NCBI GenBank assembly: GCA_963726455.1 | Contig: CAVSCK010000005.1 | Location: 160,001-224,000, forward strand | Direction of reading: 5' to 3' | DNA: 64,000 bases | Source: an uncultured bacterium | Lineage (GTDB): Bacteria; Zixibacteria; MSB-5A5; CAIYYT01 | Shown here: positions 30,064 to 38,889 of the stretch, piece by piece | Layout of the letters: each line of letters starts with the position of its first letter | Position numbering within the stretch: the stretch's first letter is position 1 | Notes under the pieces: generated by a model | Seen by the model: the letters and a program-made list of their open reading frames with translations, nothing else | Databases searched by the model: none | Told to the model about the DNA's origin: nothing | Program-made: the position numbers and the translations under genes

Positions 30064-31554
30064 TCATAATGCTAATGAAGCGACCACTCGAATGATACGC
30101 CGTGCAGAGATAAAGTAGTATTTCTTCTCAGGATCGGAAATGGTCACGGTCAACAAATACTTGCTACTCTTCAAGCCAGACTCAAGACTTGCCGACATAT
30201 CGACTGGGATTACTCCGTCTGCCGAGTCAAACTTTCTCTTTAGCAAAGTCTTGGTCTTGGACTTGGACTTTGACTGATTCATGATTTCAAGCAACTTATT
30301 CCTTCGATCCGATTCCCATTCACCATCCTTGAAAGGTATTCCAAGACTATCCTCGACAACGACCGGCTCTGAAGTTGAAATTGTGCCTTCGTTGTTACGT
30401 ACTATGTCAGGAATTCTTTGCAGAGTCAGCCAAGCCACAAACTCCATTCCATGTCTCTCTGGAAGCGTGACTTCAAAGTAGACACTGAGATTTCTGTATA
30501 GTAAAGCCTCGGGATTGTCATACAGTTCTGACTTTGTTCCTCGAATTATTCCAGATTCTACATTATCGCCTGTCGCAATGCTCTTGTTGAGTATCAGTAG
30601 GTCACTTATCTTTTGGTCCTTTGGTATCTCAAACTTGATCCAATCGTCTCCTTCATTACCCGCATCTCCTTTGACCAACAAGTGAGCATTGTAAGTTCCA
30701 GGTTGCAGCTTTGTAAGATTGAGATAAGACATGGCTCTAAACTGAGAACGATCCCTGCGACTGGCTGCAGTGAGAACACCCCGGAGTATTTGAAGATCAC
30801 ATACCTGAGACGCACTATCCAAGAAGACGGACTTTGTACTATCGAAAAGCTCAACCCTGACTCTGAGGTATCTGAGTTTGAGAGTTGCGGCTGTGAACTG
30901 ATCGCCAGGTACCCAGACACTGAACCAAACATCAGTGGCCGAGTCAGATGGAAACTTTGAGCAGTTGATCAGAGGCCAGATTGGATGAGCCAAGGGAAAC
31001 CCTTGCTCATCCTCCTCAACTATATGAGTTGGATAGTTCCTATCAAACTCAGACCAACATGAGATTTCCAAAGGCTTCTGACCATCCTCTGCTGATGGCC
31101 AAATGAACGTCCAAAGTCTGCAATCTTTACCTGCCTTGCATTTCCCAGTCATAATGATCTCGTTTTTCGGTATACCATTCTGGATGAACAATGACCAGCG
31201 TGAGTCAGGCAACGGATCGTCTATAGTAGTTCCAAGCAGGCCTTTGGCTCGCAGCGAGTCACAATAGTTCAAACGCCGGGCTATTTCGTCCCATGTTCTC
31301 TTGTAACCTCGCGCCCAGACATTGACACAGGTTTGAACTTCGTGAAAGTCATACGCCATTGTGAACTCTCTCTTGGCGTACTCTGGATCGACAATCAGAA
31401 AGAGGGCATACATACGCTGGATGTATGCCCTCTCCTCGGTATCTTGAACTGTGGACAATGATCGAAGTATTGGTTCCTGTGTTTGCATCTGAGCCAGACT
31501 TTGAGTGCTGGCACAGATTAGAAATAGCAACAACAGTAGGATACGTTTGGGCAT
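30064..31554 (-). CDS. Secreted hypothetical protein, possibly degenerate GWxTD-domain family (cassette L4 cargo)
   Basis: Signal peptide; RRLNYCD..DSRWSLFIQNGIP resembles the GWxTD DRG.IY..YG.P motif; C-terminal Ig-like segments; lower GC. Confidence 0.6.
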   Translation of the reverse strand: MPKRILLLLLFLICASTQSLAQMQTQEPILRSLSTVQDTEERAYIQRMYALFLIVDPEYAKREFTMAYDFHEVQTCVNVWARGYKRTWDEIARRLNYCDSLRAKGLLGTTIDDPLPDSRWSLFIQNGIPKNEIIMTGKCKAGKDCRLWTFIWPSAEDGQKPLEISCWSEFDRNYPTHIVEEDEQGFPLAHPIWPLINCSKFPSDSATDVWFSVWVPGDQFTAATLKLRYLRVRVELFDSTKSVFLDSASQVCDLQILRGVLTAASRRDRSQFRAMSYLNLTKLQPGTYNAHLLVKGDAGNEGDDWIKFEIPKDQKISDLLILNKSIATGDNVESGIIRGTKSELYDNPEALLYRNLSVYFEVTLPERHGMEFVAWLTLQRIPDIVRNNEGTISTSEPVVVEDSLGIPFKDGEWESDRRNKLLEIMNQSKSKSKTKTLLKRKFDSADGVIPVDMSASLESGLKSSKYLLTVTISDPEKKYYFISARRIIRVVASLAL

Positions 31555-31579
31555 CTGAACCTCAGTCGCTCACCGCCTC

Positions 31580-31768
31580 TCAGATCCCTGGTTGGTCACA
31601 ATAGGTACATGTCCAAATGCACCAACCACTGACTGAAAAGCAGCAGATCTCGTAGCAGCGATTTGCTGAAGTTGTCGATCCCTTGTTACCTTGACTCGCA
31701 ATGCTGAGTCCGGTTAGGAACAAAGCCAGCAACAAACCCGCAACTACCTGCCTCCAGAGTCTTCTCAT
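31580..31768 (-). CDS. Small secreted six-cysteine peptide precursor
   Basis: Signal peptide + RCYEICCFSVSGWCIWTCTYCDQPGI; RBS GGGG; ATGA-type overlap with the upstream gene's stop. Confidence 0.7.
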   Translation of the reverse strand: MRRLWRQVVAGLLLALFLTGLSIASQGNKGSTTSANRCYEICCFSVSGWCIWTCTYCDQPGI

Positions 31769-32238
31769 TTAATCCCCCTAATCTGAGCATGTCCACCAAA
31801 ATACCTGTTCAACCTTTCAAACGAAAGATTGTCTTCTTTTATAGTCATCAATGTAATTCCAGTAACGGGATCGATTGCAGTTCTGGTGATTGCATATCTA
31901 TCCTGCTTTTCCGATGGACAGCCGCAGTCAGAAATACCGGTCAACTCATAGAAATAGGTCGAGTCTGATTGAAAGACGATAGAAAGTCTGACTGCCTGAT
32001 TCAGTGAATCAGACAATATGGCCAGACTACGCTTCAGTTGAGGATATTCCTCAAAGGATGCTGGTGATAATTTGGGAAGGTCAAAGTTGGATTGAACTAC
32101 TGCTTCAGACATTGGTGTCGAGTTTACGTTGTGTCTGAAGATTTTATACAAAGAGAAGAAAGTCCAACCGATAGACACAATCAGAACGACTGAAAGAAGG
32201 ACATCCAAGACTCTGCGAAGTCCAACTGGCAATTCCAT
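31765..32238 (-). CDS. N-terminally anchored hypothetical protein (first gene of cassette L4)
   Basis: GGAGG RBS before ATG at 32238; one TM; in-frame upstream ATG at 32286. Confidence 0.65.
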   Translation of the reverse strand: MELPVGLRRVLDVLLSVVLIVSIGWTFFSLYKIFRHNVNSTPMSEAVVQSNFDLPKLSPASFEEYPQLKRSLAILSDSLNQAVRLSIVFQSDSTYFYELTGISDCGCPSEKQDRYAITRTAIDPVTGITLMTIKEDNLSFERLNRYFGGHAQIRGIK

Positions 32239-32380
32239 ACTGCCTCCACTCATGAACTGGAAAGGCCCAGTTCTTGCCACAGCCATTTTGCATGCCGCCT
32301 GCCACTGACAGGTTCTGTCAGTACCAAGTCAGATAACCTGGAAACATCGGCAGTAGAGTTCTGCCACTGCCAGAGTGTTA

Positions 32381-32396
32381 TGCAAGCAGTGTGCCG
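32381..32396 (-). promoter_or_regulatory. sigma54 -24/-12 promoter, cassette L4
   Basis: CGGCAC-ACTGC-TTGCA. Confidence 0.8.
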
Positions 32397-32484
32397 GATC
32401 AGAGTTTGAACAGTCAAAATCTGCTAAGTAAAGATATGTAAAGAAGATAACGAATCATTGTGAGAGTGTCCGCCTGCGGAAAAA

Positions 32485-32522
32485 TTCGCGAATTATTCGC
32501 GAATTCGCGAAAAGTTCGCGAA
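32485..32522. promoter_or_regulatory. Putative enhancer (UAS): 4 x TTCGCGAA
   Basis: Palindromes at 32485, 32496, 32504 and 32515; an extra copy at 32590. Confidence 0.75.
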
Positions 32523-32624
32523 ACATTACGAGGATTTGCGAGTCGATATTATAAGGTGCTGTCTTTCAATCAATTAGTCATTCGCAGTTTTCGCGAACTC
32601 TTTACGAGGATTTGCGAGTCGATG

Positions 32625-32660
32625 TTCCAGCCGACGGGATGTTACTCCCGTCGGCAGGAA
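32625..32660 (-). terminator. Conserved cassette-end hairpin (L3)
   Basis: TTCCAGCCGACGGGA-TGTTAC-TCCCGTCGGCAGGAA right after the dockerin stop codon. Confidence 0.7.
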
Positions 32661-32674
32661 TATATGCGATGCAG

Positions 32675-32953
32675 TTATTGGCAAATGCCGCAGTGTGGTT
32701 GCGCACCGCCGGCAAAGGCATATTGAACTATGTAGGCGACGTCGGATATGTCCCTTTGTGCATCGACCAAGATGGTACTAGGTGGAAAAATGTGAAGCAC
32801 TCGGAAGTCCAAGCGTTCCATTAGAATCACCTTCGTGGTAAGTTCGTCGATCGATTCCGTACGAAATTCGAGGTAGTTCATCCGGGTGAAGGCGCCACAT
32901 GTCGCTGTAGCAAAGAGAAAGCACGCGACAACGGCCAAAAATCTCCAATTCAT
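32675..32953 (-). pseudogene. Internally deleted paralog of the 33902..35980 metalloprotease-dockerin gene
   Basis: Signal peptide + YLEF..LHIFPPS (cf. YIEL..IHVFPPS) fused in frame to the identical last 25 aa DISDVAYIVQYAFAGGAQPHCGICQ. Confidence 0.75.
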
Positions 32954-32993
32954 TTTGTCCTTCCCCTTGGGGAGGCGCGGGCATTCCTTTGCT

Positions 32994-33377
32994 CTACGGG
33001 TTGTCACGAACGAGCTGGAAATCAACACCCAGCATGGTGCCCGAAGTCGCTCCAAGCGTAGTGCTCTTTGTCTGGTAACCGCTCTTTCCGGCGTATACCT
33101 GCCGATTTATCCTGCCAAAGCTAACCCAGGAATATCTTCCGCTGCTGTCCGCGTACACTCGATTGAAATGAATCGTATCCGAGGCAGATTCACTGAACCA
33201 ACCACCGACCAGGGGGGTGCCTCCGAGACTATCCGTGATTGTGCCCGAAACATTGGTTCCACCATGATCGCCCTCGCTGCATGACTCAATTGTCAACAGA
33301 GACAGCGTCGCAGAAACCAACAGGATGACGAGAATGCCTGCGCCTGTTCCAATGCTTAAAAGGTGTTCCGTTTTCAT
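32994..33377 (-). CDS. Small lipoprotein-like protein with carboxypeptidase-regulatory-like (beta-sandwich) domain
   Basis: Hydrophobic leader ending IESC; VSGTITDS...ADSSGRY..AGKSGYQT..VDFQL; RBS GGGAGG. Confidence 0.75.
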   Translation of the reverse strand: MKTEHLLSIGTGAGILVILLVSATLSLLTIESCSEGDHGGTNVSGTITDSLGGTPLVGGWFSESASDTIHFNRVYADSSGRYSWVSFGRINRQVYAGKSGYQTKSTTLGATSGTMLGVDFQLVRDNP

Positions 33378-33509
33378 TGTTAACCTCCCTCTCAGAGTGT
33401 GAGACTTATGATCCTTCATCGCGCGGGGGCAAGGAGCGACCCTTGCGTTACGTTCTGCTTTTGGGCCCCTCCGCGATCACTGACGTTTGAATCCCTGATT
33501 TGTGCAACG

Positions 33510-33581
33510 TCAACGATCCCTGGCGCACAACGCCGGAGGGGCTCGTTGTATTCCGAATAAGTTTGTGAACAAGTCACTCAT
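33510..33581 (-). CDS. Leader uORF with RAPP motif (MSDLFTNLFGIQRAPPALCARDR)
   Basis: GAGGGGAAGG RBS-GCAAA-ATG; conserved at 40101..40172. Confidence 0.6.
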   Translation of the reverse strand: MSDLFTNLFGIQRAPPALCARDR

Positions 33582-33684
33582 TTTGCCTTCCCCTCGTCAC
33601 TGACAGGATCTGACAGTGAACGCTGTTCGAGCGCTACCCTGGAAAAATTGGCTTTGGCGTTCAGCCACCATCAGCAGGATGTAG

Positions 33685-33700
33685 TGCAACAAGTGTGCCG
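33685..33700 (-). promoter_or_regulatory. sigma54 promoter, cassette L3 (no TTCGCGAA enhancer upstream)
   Basis: CGGCAC-ACTTG-TTGCA. Confidence 0.78.
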
Positions 33701-33851
33701 AGTGGGAGTTTGAACTGTCAGATTTTGCTAAGTGCGAGTTTGCAAAGAGGCCCACCAGCGCATAGCTCCTCCGCTGTTCCAGACTCCAAGATATGCAAGT
33801 CGTGGAGTCGTCGTAACACTTTTTTACTGGAAAGCGTGCGGAGAGTCAACG

Positions 33852-33887
33852 TTCCTGCCGACGGGATGTTACTCCCGTCGGCAGGAA
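33852..33887 (-). terminator. Conserved cassette-end hairpin (L2)
   Basis: Perfect 15-bp stem TTCCTGCCGACGGGA/TCCCGTCGGCAGGAA. Confidence 0.75.
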
Positions 33888-33901
33888 TATATGCTAAGCA
33901 G

Positions 33902-35980
33902 TTACTGGCAAATGCCACAATGTGGCTGCGCACCGCCAGCAAAGGCATATTGAACTATGTAGGCGACGTCGGAAATATCAACCGTGCAGTCGCCATTGGC
34001 GTCGCCTAGCCCAGTTGGTATCTGACAATCGCCCGGTTCCGGCCCCCCGGCGAAGATGTACTGGACAAGATAGACGGCGTCGGAAATATCAACTGAACCG
34101 CTGCCGTCGGCATCCCCGCAATAGGTGCACTGATAGTTGAAAGTGTAATTGATCGTCTGGGACTTGCCGCCATCAGGTCGCCAGGCATAAAACCGAGCCG
34201 TGTAAGTTTGATCCTGCGGCAGGAACATCATCGGCAAGGACTGCGGATAGTTCGATGCGTACAGCTTGTCCCAGATCGGTCGAGCAACGAGGTTATTTTG
34301 AGAATCGTATATGAAGCAGCGCACGTACGCCCAACTCTCAGTGAGCTTCCAATTTAGGAAGCCGTTGGAGTAGCTGATGTCAGTGAACACTGGGGATATC
34401 GATGGATCGGAGGAATTCAACCTGATCGTAAACGGCGAGCCATTGTTGATAGTTACATAATAGATCTGACCTGTGACGCAGGTCTGGTCGTCGTAATTGT
34501 GACCGTCCCAAATCGCGAAACTTTGGGTCGGGCTCACTCGGAACATATTGTCATCGGTAACAGATATCAGATTGACGAAATCCATGTCCAGCGTGTAGAT
34601 ACGCACCAGGTCGCCAGGATTCACATTTTGAATCGACTGCCAGCCGCCGTTGTTGGGATCGATAGGATCGCAAACGCCGTCGCCGTCAGAATCTCGCCAG
34701 CCAAGGTGTGCCAACGTGCTCGGGCACGCCCCCGAATAGTCCGACGTCTTCATAACACAGTACAAACATGGCTCACAGCAGTGTTGGCAATTAGCGTTAG
34801 GAACTTGAAGATAGCCGAACCTGTCCTGGCAAGAGGAATTGCCGCTGCAGTCACCCCCTTGGCGTTCATATTCGTCTGGTGCACGAAACAGGTGCGAGAT
34901 CTCGTGAGACAGTCGTTCGTGCAACCGAACCGCGCTCGCGTCAGTCATGTATCCCGATACCATCAGGGGGCCCATATAGTCCCTGTGTTCGGTGCCCGAC
35001 ATGACACAGAAGCCAGAGGCCCCGGCAGGGAAACCGTCCAGAAAGTAACGGGGCGACGGTTGGTTGACGTTTCTGACAACGTACGCAATTATGCCCCAGT
35101 TGGCTTGCAAGTCCTTCCTTAAGGAATTGACCATGCCAAAGGCTCCGTCCCACTTATCAGCGTAGCCAAAATTCTCCTGAATCTGGCTTAACCAACCGAA
35201 GCAGTAGGACGCCAAGGGGTAACAAAGACTCAGAGGAGTCTGATTGTTAGGGTAGAGATAGGCATCGCAGGGTTCATTAATCATTATGGGCACTCCGTCT
35301 TGGATGTTGAACGAATGGATTCCCGCTGCCCGGCTTTCTCTATAGATCCAGCACAGGCGAGCGTTGTTTTCGGTCGCCAACTCCCACAGGAAGTGGCAAG
35401 CTTCCACAGTCTCGACCAGAACACTGTCTAGCTCATAACTTGTCCAGTCTTCATCATGACTTTCACTCTCCGGAGTGATGAGCCATACTGCCACCTTTCC
35501 CATCAGATAATTCGCTGTGAACATGTTGGCGGGAGAGGGCACGGGAAAACTTGCGACTGGCACCGGCAGAAGTAGCGAATCCGCGAGAGTCGGTGGAGAA
35601 CCTTCATCACGAAAATTAGACGATTTCGACAACGAAGGTTCATTACTGTCTCTGATACAAAGAAAACTTTCGTACGCACCGCGATTCGATGCCCTTTGGG
35701 TCATTTGCTTGCCGCCAACGAACACAGATATTTTGTCGAACTGCGACACTGCTGTTCGAGGATCAACGCTGAGAATCTCGACAATCGCAGCTCCAGCTGC
35801 TTCGGCCGAGGGTGGGAACACATGAATCGGTCGCAAACCCCCAATTTCGAGCTGCTCAAGAACGGAATCCATTTCGGAAAAGCTCCCCACATTTAATTCT
35901 ATATAGCCTAAGTTGCTGCCAATTGCGCAGGCCGCAATGAAACAGATGGACGCTGCCATGACTGCCATTGATCGCAACAT
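33902..35980 (-). CDS. Secreted zinc metalloprotease-like protein with C-terminal double dockerin
   Basis: Signal peptide; HEISHLFRAPDEY; CVM Met-turn-like; CGDADGSGSVDISDAVYLVQYIFAGG...GDANGDCTVDISD. Confidence 0.82.
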   Translation of the reverse strand: MLRSMAVMAASICFIAACAIGSNLGYIELNVGSFSEMDSVLEQLEIGGLRPIHVFPPSAEAAGAAIVEILSVDPRTAVSQFDKISVFVGGKQMTQRASNRGAYESFLCIRDSNEPSLSKSSNFRDEGSPPTLADSLLLPVPVASFPVPSPANMFTANYLMGKVAVWLITPESESHDEDWTSYELDSVLVETVEACHFLWELATENNARLCWIYRESRAAGIHSFNIQDGVPIMINEPCDAYLYPNNQTPLSLCYPLASYCFGWLSQIQENFGYADKWDGAFGMVNSLRKDLQANWGIIAYVVRNVNQPSPRYFLDGFPAGASGFCVMSGTEHRDYMGPLMVSGYMTDASAVRLHERLSHEISHLFRAPDEYERQGGDCSGNSSCQDRFGYLQVPNANCQHCCEPCLYCVMKTSDYSGACPSTLAHLGWRDSDGDGVCDPIDPNNGGWQSIQNVNPGDLVRIYTLDMDFVNLISVTDDNMFRVSPTQSFAIWDGHNYDDQTCVTGQIYYVTINNGSPFTIRLNSSDPSISPVFTDISYSNGFLNWKLTESWAYVRCFIYDSQNNLVARPIWDKLYASNYPQSLPMMFLPQDQTYTARFYAWRPDGGKSQTINYTFNYQCTYCGDADGSGSVDISDAVYLVQYIFAGGPEPGDCQIPTGLGDANGDCTVDISDVAYIVQYAFAGGAQPHCGICQ

Positions 35981-36001
35981 GCCTCCTTTCGACTTCGCGC
36001 A

Positions 36002-36361
36002 TCATTCAACACGACACAAATAGAAATAGACGCGTGCATCGGCCGTGAGATCTCGGAAATACTCCCGCTTGGAGCGGTACCCGGTGGCCGATGCCCATAG
36101 ATAACGGTTGCGTCCAGGTGTCGTGTACAGATGGAAAGAACCCGAAGTGTTAGTGTATACGGGACTGAAATTTGTGTCCGGTTCACTCTCGTTTCCCCAC
36201 CGAACACAGGCATTTGACATAGGAGTGTCCGTCGCACTGTCTGTCACCACTCCGCTGACGAGTACACTCGGATCGCCAAGGTTCCTACTGTGGCAACCTA
36301 CGGCCAAGACAATGACGGCAAGCGCAAACGCGCTCAACGCAACGATCCTTGATACTTTCAC
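36002..36361 (-). CDS. Small lipoprotein with carboxypeptidase-regulatory-like domain
   Basis: AAGGAG RBS + GTG at 36361; lipobox LAVGC; VSGVVTDSAT..TNTSGSF..SATGY; paralog of 32994..33377. Confidence 0.78.
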   Translation of the reverse strand: MKVSRIVALSAFALAVIVLAVGCHSRNLGDPSVLVSGVVTDSATDTPMSNACVRWGNESEPDTNFSPVYTNTSGSFHLYTTPGRNRYLWASATGYRSKREYFRDLTADARVYFYLCRVE

Positions 36362-36624
36362 GACTTTCTCCTTCCAAAAACGTTTCCAACGCACTGTCTT
36401 ATCTTCATCGAGACTTTCCCGGTTTCGACACTTGAGCAGGCATGGGTCCGAGGATGTTAATCCGTAGCGGTTGACTCGGAACCCCGACCCAACTATCCTG
36501 CCCCACTCATCTGGATCCACTATCCCGACGGATACTGGCCCAATGGAAACTAAGTCTCGCCATTGTTACTGACGTTCAATAACTCACTTTGTGGAGTGTC
36601 AGCAACATTTAATTGACACGGTCC

Positions 36625-36675
36625 TCACGGCGGAGCTTTGTTAATTCTGAAAGGAACGGTTATATGTTCAGTCAT
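36625..36675 (-). CDS. Leader uORF ending KAPP-stop (MTEHITVPFRINKAPP)
   Basis: Same RBS/ATG context as the other leaders; aligns without gaps with MKDLFTNLFGIQRAPP. Confidence 0.55.
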   Translation of the reverse strand: MTEHITVPFRINKAPP

Positions 36676-36778
36676 TTTGCCTTCCCCCCGTCACTGACAG
36701 GATCTGACAGTGGACGGTGTTCGTGCGCTACCCTGGAAAGATTGGCTTTGGCGTTCAGCCACCATCAGCAGGATGTAG

Positions 36779-36794
36779 TGCAACAAGTGTGCCG
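36779..36794 (-). promoter_or_regulatory. sigma54 promoter, cassette L2
   Basis: CGGCAC-ACTTG-TTGCA. Confidence 0.8.
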
Positions 36795-36882
36795 AGTCGG
36801 AGTTTGAACTGTCAGATTTTGCTAAGTGCGAGCTTGCAAAGATGTTAGCCAAGCATCGACATAATCGTCGTCATACCAATTT

Positions 36883-36901
36883 CTCGCGAAAAGTTCGCGA
36901 A
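36883..36901. promoter_or_regulatory. Putative enhancer: 2 x (T/C)TCGCGAA
   Basis: CTCGCGAA-AAG-TTCGCGAA followed by TTACGAGGATTTG. Confidence 0.65.
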
Positions 36902-36931
36902 ACCTTACGAGGATTTGTGAGTCGATGTTCC

Positions 36932-36959
36932 TGCCGACGGGATGTTAGTCCCGCCGGCA
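36932..36959 (-). terminator. Cassette-end hairpin variant (L1)
   Basis: TGCCGACGGGA-TGTTAG-TCCCGCCGGCA after the S8 gene stop. Confidence 0.6.
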
Positions 36960-36977
36960 TTAACATTGAGAATACGG

Positions 36978-38819
36978 CTACAAACAGCTCCCACAGTGTG
37001 GTCGTGCGCCACCGGCAAAGATGTACTGTATCAAGAAGACAGCGTCGGAGATGTCGACAGCGCAATCGCCGTTGGCATCGGCAAGGCCGGCCTGTACCTG
37101 GCAATCGCGTGGTGCGGCGCCACCAGCGAAAATGTATTGGATGATATACACAGCGTCCGCGATGTCGACGGTGAGATCGTCGTTGGCATCGCCACAGCTC
37201 TTGCAGGCGATCATCACCGCACGCTGCTCGTTGACACGTCCCCAGCCGACCTGGTCATTGACGCGGCGGTATTCATTATCGGGCACGCCGTAGTGCTGCC
37301 GTTCGCACGACTTGCGAAGGATGTCGTACATGACCTCCGCCGAATCCTGATAGTGCCACCCCATCAGCCAAGGATCACGCACCAGCAGTCGGGCAGCGAT
37401 CCCCGCCACCACCGGTGCCGCGAAGGAAGTGCCGGTCAGGTGGCAAGCGTAATTTTCGTTTTCGTCACATGTATTACCCGACGTGCTAGGATTCAAACCA
37501 CCATAGCCCATCAAGTCGAGCGACCACAGATCCTTGCCCGGCGCCAGCAGATCAAGTGTCGCGCCTGTTGCCGAGCCGTCAACGCGATCATCCTTGTTGT
37601 CGCTCATGCCGACCCCAAGTACGTACCGTGAACTCGCTGGATACTCCACCCAACCTTTGTTCCCCGCAGCGACAATTGTGATCTTGCCGTTGCGATACAT
37701 CTCCCCCAACCTCCGCTCAATTTCGGAACTGTAGTTGATGCTCCAGGTGATGCACACGATTTGTGCCGCACCCGGCTGATAGCACACCCAGTCGAGGGCG
37801 CGAAGCCACACCGAGTTACTCGTCATACCGTACCAGTCCACGATCTTCACCGGCATTATTCTGGGCCGCGACTCCGTCCCCGCAAGTCCCACGGCGTTGT
37901 TTGTGTAGGCTTCCAGGATTCCTAAAACTGCCGTGCCGTGCCAGCAAATAGGATTCGAGTAGGTGCATTCGGTCGACGGATCATCGTCCGGCGGTCCGCC
38001 TGCCGACCAGCCCGCAGCATCGTATGGATGCCACCAGCAGTTGGACCGGAAGTCCTCGTGTGTCATCTGGTAGCCGGCATCCAAGACGGCTACGATAGGA
38101 GGCGTTAAGTTCGGATCGGAATACGGTTGCGCCGCTTCCCAGTCGATATCGGCCCCGGGCGTGCCGCCATTCTGACCGGTGTTTTTGAATTGCCACTGCT
38201 CTCCAAAGTAGGGATCGTTGGTGTTGGCATGCGCAGGATAGGTCAGATTCGGCTCCGCAACAATGCACAGACCGGTGTTGTTGAGGTTGCGTGCCAACTG
38301 CGTTATGTCGTAGGAATATCTGCCATTGTAGCTCACAATATGTGTCACCGTCAGACTCTCTTGGAAAGTCTCGGTGACCGTAAGACTGTAGATATGTTCA
38401 GTGGAGACAATCTGTTCCGGCGTCGTGGTCGGTTTCCAAGTAATAATCAAAGAGTTGTCCAACTTGCCACGGTCATCATAGACGGTCCTGACCACGGGGT
38501 TGACCATCAAGATGGTATCATTCATTCTTAGCGAACTCATGACGTCCTGAAGATCATAGCCCGTCTCGATGCCGAATACGAAGAACTGATTCGGGGCCTC
38601 TTCAATGTCGAAGGTGTCACTGAGAAAGGGCTGGGCAATGGCAAACTCAGCCGCGTTCGGCCCGGGGATGTTTGGATCGAAGCGAATCTCCACGAGATTA
38701 GTATAAGTCTCAAAATAGAGCGGACTGCCGTCCAAATCGTAATACCAATAGTTGCCCTGAGCATGCAGAGGAGCCGCCAACAGGGCCAGCAGGAACATGA
38801 CTGCAATTATCTTTTTCAT
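36978..38819 (-). CDS. Secreted S8 (subtilisin-like) serine peptidase with C-terminal double dockerin
   Basis: Likely true start MKKIIAVMFLL at 38819; VAVLDAG, HGTAV, AAGN, GTSFAAP; CGDANDDLTVDIADAVYIIQYIFAGG. Confidence 0.9.
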   Translation of the reverse strand: MKKIIAVMFLLALLAAPLHAQGNYWYYDLDGSPLYFETYTNLVEIRFDPNIPGPNAAEFAIAQPFLSDTFDIEEAPNQFFVFGIETGYDLQDVMSSLRMNDTILMVNPVVRTVYDDRGKLDNSLIITWKPTTTPEQIVSTEHIYSLTVTETFQESLTVTHIVSYNGRYSYDITQLARNLNNTGLCIVAEPNLTYPAHANTNDPYFGEQWQFKNTGQNGGTPGADIDWEAAQPYSDPNLTPPIVAVLDAGYQMTHEDFRSNCWWHPYDAAGWSAGGPPDDDPSTECTYSNPICWHGTAVLGILEAYTNNAVGLAGTESRPRIMPVKIVDWYGMTSNSVWLRALDWVCYQPGAAQIVCITWSINYSSEIERRLGEMYRNGKITIVAAGNKGWVEYPASSRYVLGVGMSDNKDDRVDGSATGATLDLLAPGKDLWSLDLMGYGGLNPSTSGNTCDENENYACHLTGTSFAAPVVAGIAARLLVRDPWLMGWHYQDSAEVMYDILRKSCERQHYGVPDNEYRRVNDQVGWGRVNEQRAVMIACKSCGDANDDLTVDIADAVYIIQYIFAGGAAPRDCQVQAGLADANGDCAVDISDAVFLIQYIFAGGARPHCGSCL

Positions 38820-38889
38820 TTTGTTAGACTCCGATTCTAGATTTTCGGACCGATGCGCATCTGGTAAGGCAGACGCTGTAGGTCCGGGG

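Larger units (their letters stand above)
33442..33748. repeat. ~305-bp promoter/leader repeat shared with 40033..40338 (and partly 36672..36842)
   Basis: Near-identical sequence by direct comparison. Confidence 0.9.

Noticed and set aside
32460-32726. ORFs rich in RE/FAN motifs (also 36842, 40341, 43260)
   Set aside because: They are translations of the TTCGCGAA enhancer repeats.
32675-37200. Diversity-generating retroelement (TR/VR) from the repeated dockerin 3' ends
   Set aside because: No reverse transcriptase in the window; differences between copies are mostly synonymous and not adenine-specific.
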